64,000 bases of DNA from Candidatus Scatocola faecigallinarum (GTDB lineage: Bacteria; Pseudomonadota; Alphaproteobacteria; RF32; CAG-239): assembly GCA_018713605.1 (NCBI GenBank), contig DVOM01000017.1, positions 119 through 64,118 on the forward strand, written 5' to 3'. Of this stretch, positions 38,894 to 48,331 are shown in pieces. Below the pieces are notes generated by a model. It was not told where the DNA came from. It did not search any database and saw nothing but the letters and a program-made list of their open reading frames with translations. The position numbers were made by a program, and so were the translations under genes. The first letter of the stretch is position 1; the number at the start of each line of letters is the position of its first letter.

Positions 38894-39490
38894 TTACAAC
38901 ATTCTCTCAATAAACCGTCTCAATATGCTGCGTTGGACACCGAGGATTTTGGCAATTTGGGATTTGGAGATGCCTTTGGCGAGTAAATTTCGCACTCTTC
39001 TAGCATTTTTTGAGAGTTTGAGCTTTTTTGATTCTGCGGAAAAGGGACGTCCGAGCTTTTTTCCTGAAGCCTTAAGATTGGCAAGGGATGATTTTGTACG
39101 TTGGGATATTAGGTTTCTCTCTATCTCTGCAGCCAATCCAAAAGCGAACGCTAAGACTTTACTTTGTATGTCATTGCCGAGACGATAGTTTTCTTTCAAA
39201 GTCCAGACCTGACAATTTTTTGATAAGCAGGTTTCCAAAATTCTCATAACTTCAAGCAACGAACGCCCGAGACGGGATATTTCGCAAGAGATAAGGATGT
39301 CATTTTCCTGCAAATTCTCTAATAATTCACCAAGTTTGCGGTTTTTCAGCGCTTTTCGGGAAGATATTTTTTCCTCTACCCAATCGTCAACGGTCAATTC
39401 GTGCTTTCTTGCATATTCTTCAATCTCAAAGCGTTGATGTGTATAGGTTTGTTTGTCTGTGCTAACCCGAATGTAACCAATTACAGCCAT
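38894..39490 (-). CDS. small serine recombinase, Mpi-like DNA invertase/resolvase
   Basis: GYIRVSTDKQ, EISRLGRS, AEIERNLISQRTK, LGRP, C-terminal HTH. Confidence 0.92.
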   Translation of the reverse strand: MAVIGYIRVSTDKQTYTHQRFEIEEYARKHELTVDDWVEEKISSRKALKNRKLGELLENLQENDILISCEISRLGRSLLEVMRILETCLSKNCQVWTLKENYRLGNDIQSKVLAFAFGLAAEIERNLISQRTKSSLANLKASGKKLGRPFSAESKKLKLSKNARRVRNLLAKGISKSQIAKILGVQRSILRRFIERML

Positions 39491-39743
39491 TGTTTTCTCC
39501 TTAAAATTTCTTAAAAATACCGGTTATTTTATTAGAACGATAAAATCAACCGCTTTTTGCAAGTTTCGCACTTTTTCTTTTCAATAAAAAATCAAGAAAA
39601 AATAATGGCTTGTTTTCTTTTGACTCGGGATGCATCTGTCTTTTAGACAACCGGTCACAATCGTTGGTTCGTGTATAGTGAAACAGTCTAGCTTGGCTAG
39701 ATTACAAACTTTAATTGCAATTAAAGATAAGGAATTGAAACTT

Positions 39744-42206
39744 ATGAAGAAAAAACTTTTATTTACAACGGCTTTAGTGGCTCTGGTCTGCACTTCTAAT
39801 GTCTACGCAGCAGATTTGAGTATACAAGCTGGTGATAATATTTTTAACCCTGCAACAGGACAACCAGATGGACAGACAACGTATAATTATGACTCAATCA
39901 GTATGACAGGGGGCAAACTTACCTTAGAAGATTTTAAAATAAGAAGTAATAGCGATGCCTCCATTACTGGCGGTGAAATTAATATTTCTGGCGATGGCGG
40001 TCTTAGAGCCCATAATGGAAACTTAAATATCAGCGGTGGAACGATTAATGCTTCAGCAACCGAAATCCATGGCGGAATAACTAATGTTTCTGGTAATGCA
40101 ATAATCAATGTCAATGATTATGCCGAATTTGCTGGGGATTCCGAGCTGAATATGTCTGGAGGACAACTAAATTTATCAAAGGGAATTACGATTGTTTCGT
40201 TGCCAGATCAACAGACTGGAGGAGATGCTTTATTCAATATGACCGGCGGTGAAATTAATATGAGCCAGTCTTATTTAGGGAGTTCAAGAATTGAGGGAAC
40301 TTCCATAACTGAAAGGCAAGCTGGGACCAGTAAGCTTTTGGGTGGTACGATTAATGTCAAGGATGGTAAAAATATTTTCCTAATGGATAATCCAGAAGTT
40401 AATAACACAATAAATATAAATGAAGGAGCTGAGCTAGGTGTTTATGATCACTATATAGATGCACGGACAGGGAAAATTGAAGATATAAATTTTGCTGGTA
40501 AAAGCACTCTTAACCTGAGTGAAAAGGCGGAAATAAATATATCCGGTAAACTTGTTTCTGACGTTTCCGGCAACGGTAACTTAAATGTAAAATCTTCAAG
40601 CGCGTTGATTGACGGTAACGTTTCCGGCTCCAACCTGACTTTTGAAGCAGACCATTCTTTAAGCAAGGCATTTTCCGGCACAATCGGCGATTTGGCTTCT
40701 CTGAATGTCAACAAAGGCACTTTGACTTATGACAAACAGACCGGTAAAATCGGCAATCTGAATGTCACCGGTGGTTTGGATATTGGCACAAATACCGTAA
40801 ATGCCACGAATGTTGATTTCAAAGATAATTCCAGCCTGGCCTTGCGCGTGGCTGCTACTGACAACTACGGCAAAATCAATGCCGATAATATCACAATCGG
40901 TAAAGATACGACCATGAAAGTAACGCTTGATAATGGTGTTGTTGGTAATGGCGAAAATACGGATTTGAAGTTTTTGAACGGTAAAGTAACCGGAAGTTTC
41001 ACGAATAAAATTGCCGAAAACAGCCGGTATGACATCAAATGGAATGAAGACGGTTCCTTAAATATTACCGGAACAGCGACGGCTTCTGATGTTGTTACGG
41101 ATGCCGGAGGTACGACTTCAAATGCTGCAACGGCCGAAGCTTGGGATACGTTGGTACAATCAACAACGGCAAGCGCCAATGCCAAAGCGGTTGCTTCGGT
41201 CTTGAATGATTTGTCGCAAGAAACTTCTGCTGCAGGTAAAAAAGCTTATGTCGATGCTTTGACAGCCGTAGCGCCGGAAGTTGCGCCGATGGTTCAGAAA
41301 ACTCAGACTAAAACGGCCAATCAGGTATTCGGCGCAGTCAGCACTCGCTTGACCGGCGGTTCAATCTCGACTGGTTCTGAGGGTATGTCATCAGGTGATT
41401 CTAATCCTGACGCTGCTGTCTGGGTTCAGGGACTGTTCAACAAATCAAAATTGGACGATACTTCTAAAGCCAAAGGTTTTGATGCAGACAGTTCCGGTAT
41501 TGCTTTCGGTGCCGAAAAGTTTGTAAACGATGATGTCAAAGTCGGTGTCGGTTATGCTTACACAAACACCGATATTGACGGTTTTATGCGTTCAACCGAT
41601 GTTGATACACATACCGCGATTGTTTACAGTGAGTACAAACCGTCTAACTGGTATGTAAACGGTATCGCGACATACGGTTGGTCTGATTATTCCGAAGATA
41701 AAAACGTTAATGGAATTGGTGTAAAAGCTGACTACGATGTTGAAACATTCGGTTTGCAGGCTATGACCGGTTATGATATGCAAGTCAAAGGCTTTGGTTT
41801 AACACCGGAAGTCGGTTTGCGTTATGTTCACATCAAACAAGACGCTTATAAAGATTCTGCCGACCAAAAAGTTTCTGGTAATGACAGCGATATTTTGACC
41901 GGTGTCATCGGTGCCAAGGTCAGCAAGAACTTTGAGCTGTCTAACGGCATGAACATCAAACCGGAAGCCCGTGTTGCCGCAACTTATGACTTGTTTAACG
42001 ATGATGTTAATTCGGTCGTAACTTTGACTAACGGTTCAGCTTATGCCGTTGAGGGCGAGGCTCTTGACCGTTTCGGTATGGAATTTGGTGCCGGCGTAAC
42101 TGCTGAGCTTAACTCTCAGGTTGAGCTGTCTCTTGGTTATGAAGGAAAGTTCCGTGAGGATTACCAAGACCATACCGGCTTGTTGAATGCTAAATATAAA
42201 TTTTAG
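39744..42206 (+). CDS. autotransporter (type V) outer-membrane protein
   Basis: Signal peptide MKKKLLFTTAL; GG-rich beta-helix passenger; C-terminal beta-barrel ending in YKF. Confidence 0.92.
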   Translation: MKKKLLFTTALVALVCTSNVYAADLSIQAGDNIFNPATGQPDGQTTYNYDSISMTGGKLTLEDFKIRSNSDASITGGEINISGDGGLRAHNGNLNISGGTINASATEIHGGITNVSGNAIINVNDYAEFAGDSELNMSGGQLNLSKGITIVSLPDQQTGGDALFNMTGGEINMSQSYLGSSRIEGTSITERQAGTSKLLGGTINVKDGKNIFLMDNPEVNNTININEGAELGVYDHYIDARTGKIEDINFAGKSTLNLSEKAEINISGKLVSDVSGNGNLNVKSSSALIDGNVSGSNLTFEADHSLSKAFSGTIGDLASLNVNKGTLTYDKQTGKIGNLNVTGGLDIGTNTVNATNVDFKDNSSLALRVAATDNYGKINADNITIGKDTTMKVTLDNGVVGNGENTDLKFLNGKVTGSFTNKIAENSRYDIKWNEDGSLNITGTATASDVVTDAGGTTSNAATAEAWDTLVQSTTASANAKAVASVLNDLSQETSAAGKKAYVDALTAVAPEVAPMVQKTQTKTANQVFGAVSTRLTGGSISTGSEGMSSGDSNPDAAVWVQGLFNKSKLDDTSKAKGFDADSSGIAFGAEKFVNDDVKVGVGYAYTNTDIDGFMRSTDVDTHTAIVYSEYKPSNWYVNGIATYGWSDYSEDKNVNGIGVKADYDVETFGLQAMTGYDMQVKGFGLTPEVGLRYVHIKQDAYKDSADQKVSGNDSDILTGVIGAKVSKNFELSNGMNIKPEARVAATYDLFNDDVNSVVTLTNGSAYAVEGEALDRFGMEFGAGVTAELNSQVELSLGYEGKFREDYQDHTGLLNAKYKF

Positions 42207-42226
42207 TATTTAGTCTTTCCTTTGCT

Positions 42227-42264
42227 AAAAAGCGCTTCGGAAGCAATTTCGGAGCGTTTTTTTT
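42227..42264 (+). terminator. intrinsic terminator
   Basis: GCGCTTCGGAA-GCAA-TTTCGGAGCGT plus T-tract. Confidence 0.8.
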
Positions 42265-42401
42265 ATTGTTTCCGTCTGTTTCTTAGTAATCCCGTCCAAA
42301 TCGTAGCAAAATGTCATCAAAAAGTAGAAAATAAGGGGCTCGCGGATGGGATTTTTCCCGACATAATAAAACTGTAAATAACGCAAATACAGGAGATTAC
42401 A

Positions 42402-42545
42402 ATGTACTTTATCGAATTAAGATACACCAATGGAAAGACTGTCAGATTACCTGAGCCATATATTTCATGGTCGGAAGCTAACCGTGCTGTCTTAAACAAG
42501 TATGCTAACAACCCATACTACACGGCAAGTATTGTATCAGAATAA
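42402..42545 (+). CDS. small 47-aa hypothetical protein (not in the ORF track)
   Basis: AGGAG RBS; MYFIELRYTNGKTVRLPEPYISWSEANRAVLNKYANNPYYTASIVSE. Confidence 0.6.
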   Translation: MYFIELRYTNGKTVRLPEPYISWSEANRAVLNKYANNPYYTASIVSE

Positions 42546-42561
42546 TGAAAGGGAATTTAAG

Positions 42562-42819
42562 ATGTTGAAGAATTTTGAAAATTGGCTTTTGAAAAATAAT
42601 TACAGCGCAAGCACTTCTGCCGATTATATGGGACGGATTGAGAGATTATGCCGGAAAGAACAGTTTACACTTTCCCATTTGGTTGAAAATCTTTCCTCTA
42701 TCCTTCCGCAATATGAAACAACCGGAGAAAAATCCAGTTATGGAAAACGCTCTCATACATCCGTTCGCCAGGCTTTGAGACGTTTCAAGATGTTTCTTGC
42801 TTCCGAAAAACTGGCTTAA
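42562..42819 (+). CDS. hypothetical protein (integrase SAM-like N-terminus)
   Basis: FENWL...YS.ST...Y...I and ALRRF..FL pattern; AAGGGA RBS. Confidence 0.6.
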   Translation: MLKNFENWLLKNNYSASTSADYMGRIERLCRKEQFTLSHLVENLSSILPQYETTGEKSSYGKRSHTSVRQALRRFKMFLASEKLA

Positions 42820-42834
42820 GGCAGGAGATGTAAT

Positions 42835-43038
42835 ATGAGTAATGTTAAATATCCTGAAATAACTGTTAGAATCATCGGTGTTAATGGCAATGCTTTTAAT
42901 ATCTTGGGTATCTGTACGGCTGAAATGAGAAAACACCATCTGCCAAAATCGGAAATAGACGCCTTTTTTAAGGAAGCGACAAGCGGCAGTTATGATGATT
43001 TGCTTTGTGTTGTCATGAAATGGTTTAATGTGGAGTAG
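42835..43038 (+). CDS. small mobile-element hypothetical protein
   Basis: G.NGNAFNILG, EA.SGSYDDLL; AGGAG RBS. Confidence 0.75.
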   Translation: MSNVKYPEITVRIIGVNGNAFNILGICTAEMRKHHLPKSEIDAFFKEATSGSYDDLLCVVMKWFNVE

Positions 43039-43042
43039 CACC

Positions 43043-43360
43043 ATGCCGGATATTAAAACCTTAAATAACAACCTTAGAAAAACGCTTATCGGTGGAAGAG
43101 TTGTCTTAACCCAAGGTATTAATGTCAAAATGCCAAAAGATATTGCAAGGATTTTAGCAAAAGTCAGGAATTTTAACAATTTTACCAAAGCTAACGATCC
43201 ATACGGAGAACACGATTTTGGAAGTTTTGATTATAACGGTGAAAAGATATATTGGAAGATTGATTATTATGACAAGAGTTATCAACACCTATCAGAGAAT
43301 CCTGCAAATCCAAACATAACAAACAGAGTCTTAACTGTTATGCTTGCAGATGAGTATTAA
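43043..43360 (+). CDS. DUF3768 domain protein
   Basis: NDPYGEHDFG, WKIDYYD, RVLTVMLADEY. Confidence 0.9.
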   Translation: MPDIKTLNNNLRKTLIGGRVVLTQGINVKMPKDIARILAKVRNFNNFTKANDPYGEHDFGSFDYNGEKIYWKIDYYDKSYQHLSENPANPNITNRVLTVMLADEY

Positions 43361-44311
43361 AAGATAAAACTTCAAAAATCAGCCCGGTTTGATTGGTTTC
43401 AGGTCGGGCTTATCTTTTACCTGTTTTATCAAATCCGCTTGTTTACGGGCTGTTTATGACTCAATGGGATATGTTAAACCTAATTAAAATTGTAAATGAG
43501 GTTGTAAAAAATAAATTGTCGTTAATGTCAAAAACTTTTACAATCTATTGTCCTTGAAGTCATGAAGTTAAATTAACCTCTGCCAAAATTTACATAAGTT
43601 GCGATTGCCGCGCCATACATAATAATAACCTATTCACAATGTTTTATAACTATCAAAAGAATTTGATATTGTTGTATTGTCGCGATTCTTTGGGAATGTA
43701 AAGCCATTTTTCAATAATTTTAAATATCTTGTTTTTTGATTGCAGGACTCAATAGATTTATTTGATATAGGCTTGCTTAGATTTTTGTTAAACGGCTTGT
43801 TACGGGTTGTTTTATGCTTGTTTATGGAAGTGTTTTGGTTGCGATTTATATATTTTAAGACATTTGAAGATAAAAACGATTCTATTCATATAGTTTATAA
43901 TTATTATGTATTCGGTTTTATGTATTTTATCTAAATGTCATAACTCCTTATTTTTTTACACTCAATTTTCATATATATTACTTATATGATGGTATAATAT
44001 CAAATTTATTTTTGCACCATTTAACTATGGAAATAAAGCCTTTGTAAGTACGTTGACTTTGTTTTTTCTTATGAATTTTCTGTTTTTTTCGCAACAGATT
44101 AAAAAAGTTATTGTCGTTGACGACACAAACTTAAATATCCATGACCTGTGACCTAGCTATGTCATAGGTTAGGAGAATGTTTCTCTACTGAAAAATGCCT
44201 TCCTTTATACAATCAACCTATATAAGAGGCGCCTTTTTTAGCTTATTTTATCAAAAATATTTTTTTCATAATTGGCTTTACGTCTTTATTCAATCCCGGC
44301 ATATAATTATT

Positions 44312-44476
44312 ATGACTGATACATTTAACAAAATAGAAGAAGAATTGTCGCGTTATTATCCCGATATTACGGATGATGATGTCGAAAAGCTTATCACATT
44401 TTTTAAGTTAAGTGCCAAAGCTATCTATGAAGCTAAAAGAGCAGAAAATCCATTAAATGACATCAATGACAGTTAA
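44312..44476 (+). CDS. small hypothetical protein upstream of the recombinase
   Basis: 54-aa ORF; TATAAT just upstream (possibly leaderless). Confidence 0.45.
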   Translation: MTDTFNKIEEELSRYYPDITDDDVEKLITFFKLSAKAIYEAKRAENPLNDINDS

Positions 44477-44672
44477 TCATAAAGCCAACCTCTTCTCCTT
44501 AAAGTGAAGAAGTTAACATCCAACCTCATTTATTTTGCAAATTAGGTTAATTGCTTGAAATATCAGCAATTTGTTAGTAAAAAAACTGCAAAATGACGCA
44601 TTTTTTTGCGTACATTCCCAAAATAACACGACATAATAACATTATCGGACTAATTTTAAGGAGTAATTTGTT

Positions 44673-46112
44673 ATGTCTAGAAAGAATAAATATCAAAATA
44701 TCGCGGATGAAGAATGTAAACAGGCTGTTATTTTTGCACGTGTCTCATCGGAAGAACAGAAGAAAGGCGCTTCTATTGACGCACAGCTTAAAACGGTTAT
44801 TGATTACTGCGATAATCGCAAGTTTAAGATTTTAGATAAATTCTCTATTGTGGAGAGTTCAACGCGAGGCGGTCGTATCAAATTTTATGAAATGTTGGAA
44901 TATGTCAAGCAACAAAAACACAAAACTGCCATCGTTGTAAATTGTGTAGATAGATTGCAGCGTGGCTATAAAGAATGTGTTGAGCTTGATGATTTAAGAA
45001 AACAAGGCAGAATAGAGATACATTTTTATAAAGAAGGCTTTTATTTGCATAAAGACAGTACCTCTTCGGATATATTGCGTTGGGACATGGGTGTGTTATC
45101 CGCTAAAATGTATGTAGGCTCATTAAGAGATAATGTCATCAGAAGTCAGGAATATAAAAGAGAAAACGGACAATGGCAATCTTGCGCTCCGGTCGGTTAT
45201 TTAAATATATCCAAAACCAAAACGACTCCGGCAGACATTGTTATAGATGAAGAGAGAGCACCAAAGGTTAAAAGACTTTTCGAAGAATATGCCAAAGGCG
45301 GACGAACTTTGCAAGACATTACCAATCTAGCCAGAACCTTAGGATTATCTTCTAAAATGTGTCGTGTAAATAAAACAATCAGCCGGGCACAAATTCAAAA
45401 TATTCTTAAAAACACCTTTTATATTGGATATTTCACGCAAAAAGGCAAAGTTTATAAGCATAATTATCCGCTTTTTATTGATGAAGATTTATTCCGTATT
45501 GTCCAGGATACAATGGAAGGAAGAAAACGGGCGCCAAGCAAATTATATTATGGCGATAAGCAATATATCTTTACCGGTTTAGTTAGATGTGGTTGTTGCG
45601 GCAGTTTAATGACTTGTGAGACTAAAGTAAAAGATGAAAATCATTCCTATAATTATCTTAAATGCAATAAATTACGTTCAAAATGCAGTCAAAAACCATT
45701 AAATGAAACCAAAATCTTAAAACAGCTGGAAAATGAGCTTTGCTTACCTCTTGCCATCAGTGATGATATGTTGAAAAATATTAAGGCGGAAGTTAAAAAG
45801 CGGCTTAAAGAAGAAAATATCAATACAGCCAATCTTAAACGTGACATTACAATAAAGCTGCATGACCTTGACGAACAGATAAAAACCTTATTTCGTGGCT
45901 ATATCCAAGGCAAATGTGATGAAAAAATGTATAATGAACTTAAAACCGAGATTGAACTGGAAAAAGAAAAGCTTCAAAAAGATATGGACAGATACCTTGA
46001 GATTGATACTGAAACAGATGAAATCTTGGCAAATATTGCTGAAGTGGCTGCAAATGTTGGAAAATTCTTAAAAAGTCCGATTATTTCACAAAAAAGAGAC
46101 ATTTTAAATTAA
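44673..46112 (+). CDS. large serine recombinase; C-terminus frameshifted and split by att
   Basis: FARVSSEEQ, DRLQR, APVGY, N.FYIG, Zn ribbon CGCCG...C...C, coiled coil; AAGGAG RBS. Confidence 0.92.
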   Translation: MSRKNKYQNIADEECKQAVIFARVSSEEQKKGASIDAQLKTVIDYCDNRKFKILDKFSIVESSTRGGRIKFYEMLEYVKQQKHKTAIVVNCVDRLQRGYKECVELDDLRKQGRIEIHFYKEGFYLHKDSTSSDILRWDMGVLSAKMYVGSLRDNVIRSQEYKRENGQWQSCAPVGYLNISKTKTTPADIVIDEERAPKVKRLFEEYAKGGRTLQDITNLARTLGLSSKMCRVNKTISRAQIQNILKNTFYIGYFTQKGKVYKHNYPLFIDEDLFRIVQDTMEGRKRAPSKLYYGDKQYIFTGLVRCGCCGSLMTCETKVKDENHSYNYLKCNKLRSKCSQKPLNETKILKQLENELCLPLAISDDMLKNIKAEVKKRLKEENINTANLKRDITIKLHDLDEQIKTLFRGYIQGKCDEKMYNELKTEIELEKEKLQKDMDRYLEIDTETDEILANIAEVAANVGKFLKSPIISQKRDILN

Positions 46113-46201
46113 TATTATCGGACTGCAAAACTGATGGAAAAATCTTTGTTTTTCAATAGCTAAACCATTCGACAGACTACTAAAAACGCCAGAAATTAAC
46201 A

Positions 46202-46408
46202 AATGGTGCCGCTGGCAAGAATGTAAATTCCCATTGCTTAAAAGCAACGGGTCCCTTTCGCGTCGTAAGGTTCAAACTTCGTATTTCACTAAGCTATTCG
46301 CTAAGTTCAACACTCGTTTTCACCAACTACCCGCTCCGGACGTTGCTTCGCAAGTCTGTCCTCGCCCAATAACCATTAAAAAAGCCCTCCATAAAGGAAG
46401 GCTTTTTT
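46202..46408. mobile_element. 207-bp miniature element flanked by a 21-bp duplication of the tRNA-Thr 3' end
   Basis: AATGGTGCCGCTGGCAAGAAT at 46202-46222 and 46409-46429. Confidence 0.7.
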
Positions 46409-46410
46409 AA

Positions 46411-46485
46411 TGGTGCCGCTGGCAAGAATCGGACTTGCGACCCCGTCATTACCAATGACGTGCTCTACCACTGAGCTACAGCGGC
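46411..46485 (-). tRNA. tRNA-Thr(GGT)
   Basis: GCCGCTGTAGCTCAGTGGTAGAGCA-CGTCA-TTGGTAA-TGACG...CAGCGGCACCA. Confidence 0.96.
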
Positions 46486-46647
46486 GACAACTGAAAGAAA
46501 ACATACAGATTATAAAAATAAAAATCAAGTATATTTTTCATTTTTTGTGAATTTTTTTATACATTCGCCAACAGGCATAAAATTTGGTGCAAAAATAAAA
46601 AATTAGGTTATGATAAAAATATGTTTTCATAAATAAAGGTTCTAATC

Positions 46648-47367
46648 ATGAAATATTCAACTGCTGCGTTAAAAGAAAAAATTCGTTCCTGGTTTGCCGA
46701 ACCTCAGGGCAAAGCGCGCATCGCCTGTCAGGTTTTTGCCGTTTTGCTGGGGCTGGCCGCTCTTTTGATGATTATTGCATCCGTGGCTTACGGCTCCGTT
46801 ATTGGACTGTTGGTATCGTTGCTGGTCGCGCCGCTGCTGATTTTGCTGCCGTTTTATTTTTATCATTTTTTCCGTACCATGCTGCATGGTGTTGCCGACA
46901 AACAGATTCGGCATCGCGAGCGTGCGCGTCAGGCCGAAGAATACAATAATATGCCTTTCCGCCGGACTTTTCGCGGTATGGCTTTTTATCTGACCGGTTT
47001 CATTTTGCTCGTAACCATGCTGATGGGACTTTTGACCCAAAGTTACGACATCTTTTTTGAACTGGCGCTCATGTTGCCGATGATGTATCTGATGTATCGC
47101 GGTTATCGCTGGATTTTTGTTTTTGCCATTTTATGGTGGACGTTTGAGAAAGGGCTGCAACTGTATGTCGCGCCCGGCAGTGCGTCAATAGCCAGTATTT
47201 TGGTTTGGTGGGCGGTTGTAACCTATGTTTATTTTCAGGCATATAAAGTCGAGGCGGTTCGCGCACGGCTTCCCGGTGCACCGCGCAAACCCTGGCTGAA
47301 AGACCTCGGCCTGGCTTTGGGGGCGTTTGTTTTACTTGCCGCCGCCCTCCATACGCTGATTTACTAG
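46648..47367 (+). CDS. hypothetical multi-pass membrane protein
   Basis: 239-aa ORF, about 7 hydrophobic segments. Confidence 0.7.
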   Translation: MKYSTAALKEKIRSWFAEPQGKARIACQVFAVLLGLAALLMIIASVAYGSVIGLLVSLLVAPLLILLPFYFYHFFRTMLHGVADKQIRHRERARQAEEYNNMPFRRTFRGMAFYLTGFILLVTMLMGLLTQSYDIFFELALMLPMMYLMYRGYRWIFVFAILWWTFEKGLQLYVAPGSASIASILVWWAVVTYVYFQAYKVEAVRARLPGAPRKPWLKDLGLALGAFVLLAAALHTLIY

Positions 47368-47450
47368 CCTTGTCTTGTGTCATTTTTAGCTGGCATTTTA
47401 AATTTAAGACGTTATCTTACTCCTTGATAAGTTAATGAAGGAGAAGATAA

Positions 47451-47852
47451 ATGAAAAAAATTGTGTATGTGTTGTCTTTGTTGTTTATGATTACCGCTTG
47501 CAACGGCGATAATACGACGTTTGAGAACAACGCCTATAAACTGCGCAACGCCAAAAACGGTGCGGAAATTACGCTTGGTTTTGACGGCAAGGACAAGCGC
47601 TTTTTCGGCCGTTCGGCAATTAACCGCTATTTCGGAACTTATAAAACCGAGGGCGACAGGCTGACTTTTGGCCCTGCCGGTTCGACCATGATGGCCGGTC
47701 CCGGACATCTGATGGCCGCCGAACGCGAATATATGCAGTTTCTGCCGCAGGTTGCCACCTATCGTCTGGACGGCAACCGCCTGATTCTGAGCAAGGCTAA
47801 CGGCGAAAGCATGGTTTTTGAAAGAACCGGGAAAGCGTCGTCGCTTGAATAA
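47451..47852 (+). CDS. META domain lipoprotein (HslJ-like)
   Basis: Lipobox ITAC; NRYFG.Y, FGP.GSTMMAG, E..Y...L. Confidence 0.88.
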   Translation: MKKIVYVLSLLFMITACNGDNTTFENNAYKLRNAKNGAEITLGFDGKDKRFFGRSAINRYFGTYKTEGDRLTFGPAGSTMMAGPGHLMAAEREYMQFLPQVATYRLDGNRLILSKANGESMVFERTGKASSLE

Positions 47853-47998
47853 AAAATAATGAAACCGGAAAAAGGCAGGGAACGTTCCCTGCCTTTTTTT
47901 GTCTTGAACCTTAAGGCTTGTTGTGCTATAAAAAGACTATTCCAAATGACTATTCTGAGATTAATTCATATAATTACAAACTTTTAAAATTAATTGTT

Positions 47999-48262
47999 AT
48001 GTGTCACGCAGCCATTCATAAAGTTCACAAATTCGGTTTAATCGGATGTGACCGGAAAATAGAGTTTTTTGACGATTTTGCTTGTATCGGCGACGCTGTC
48101 AACGCAGCCCGCAGCAATAATTCCTGCCTTGGCGTGATTGCCCGTATTCTGCGTACGGATGGGACGGTTTTTCGCGAAAGGATAATCGTTAAAAATTCGC
48201 GCCATCAGGAATATGTCAGGCTTTTTAACGGCCGAAGCAAACATTCGACCATGAATTTTTAG
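47999..48262 (+). CDS. hypothetical protein
   Basis: 87-aa ORF followed by a hairpin; no recognised motif. Confidence 0.45.
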   Translation: MCHAAIHKVHKFGLIGCDRKIEFFDDFACIGDAVNAARSNNSCLGVIARILRTDGTVFRERIIVKNSRHQEYVRLFNGRSKHSTMNF

Positions 48263-48331
48263 AACTTTTCGGCAATTAAAAAAGAACTCCGGTGCTTTTA
48301 GGCGCCGAAGTTCTTTTTGTTTTTAAAGTTT

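Larger units (their letters stand above)
34670..46209. mobile_element. integrative element / genomic island at tRNA-Thr with a large serine recombinase
   Basis: AAATGGTGC direct repeat at 34670-34678 and 46201-46209 (reverse complement of the tRNA 3' end); abrupt AT-rich composition; terminal recombinase. Confidence 0.85.

Noticed and set aside
34670-46209. Island as a prophage or complete ICE
   Set aside because: No structural, packaging, relaxase or T4SS genes.
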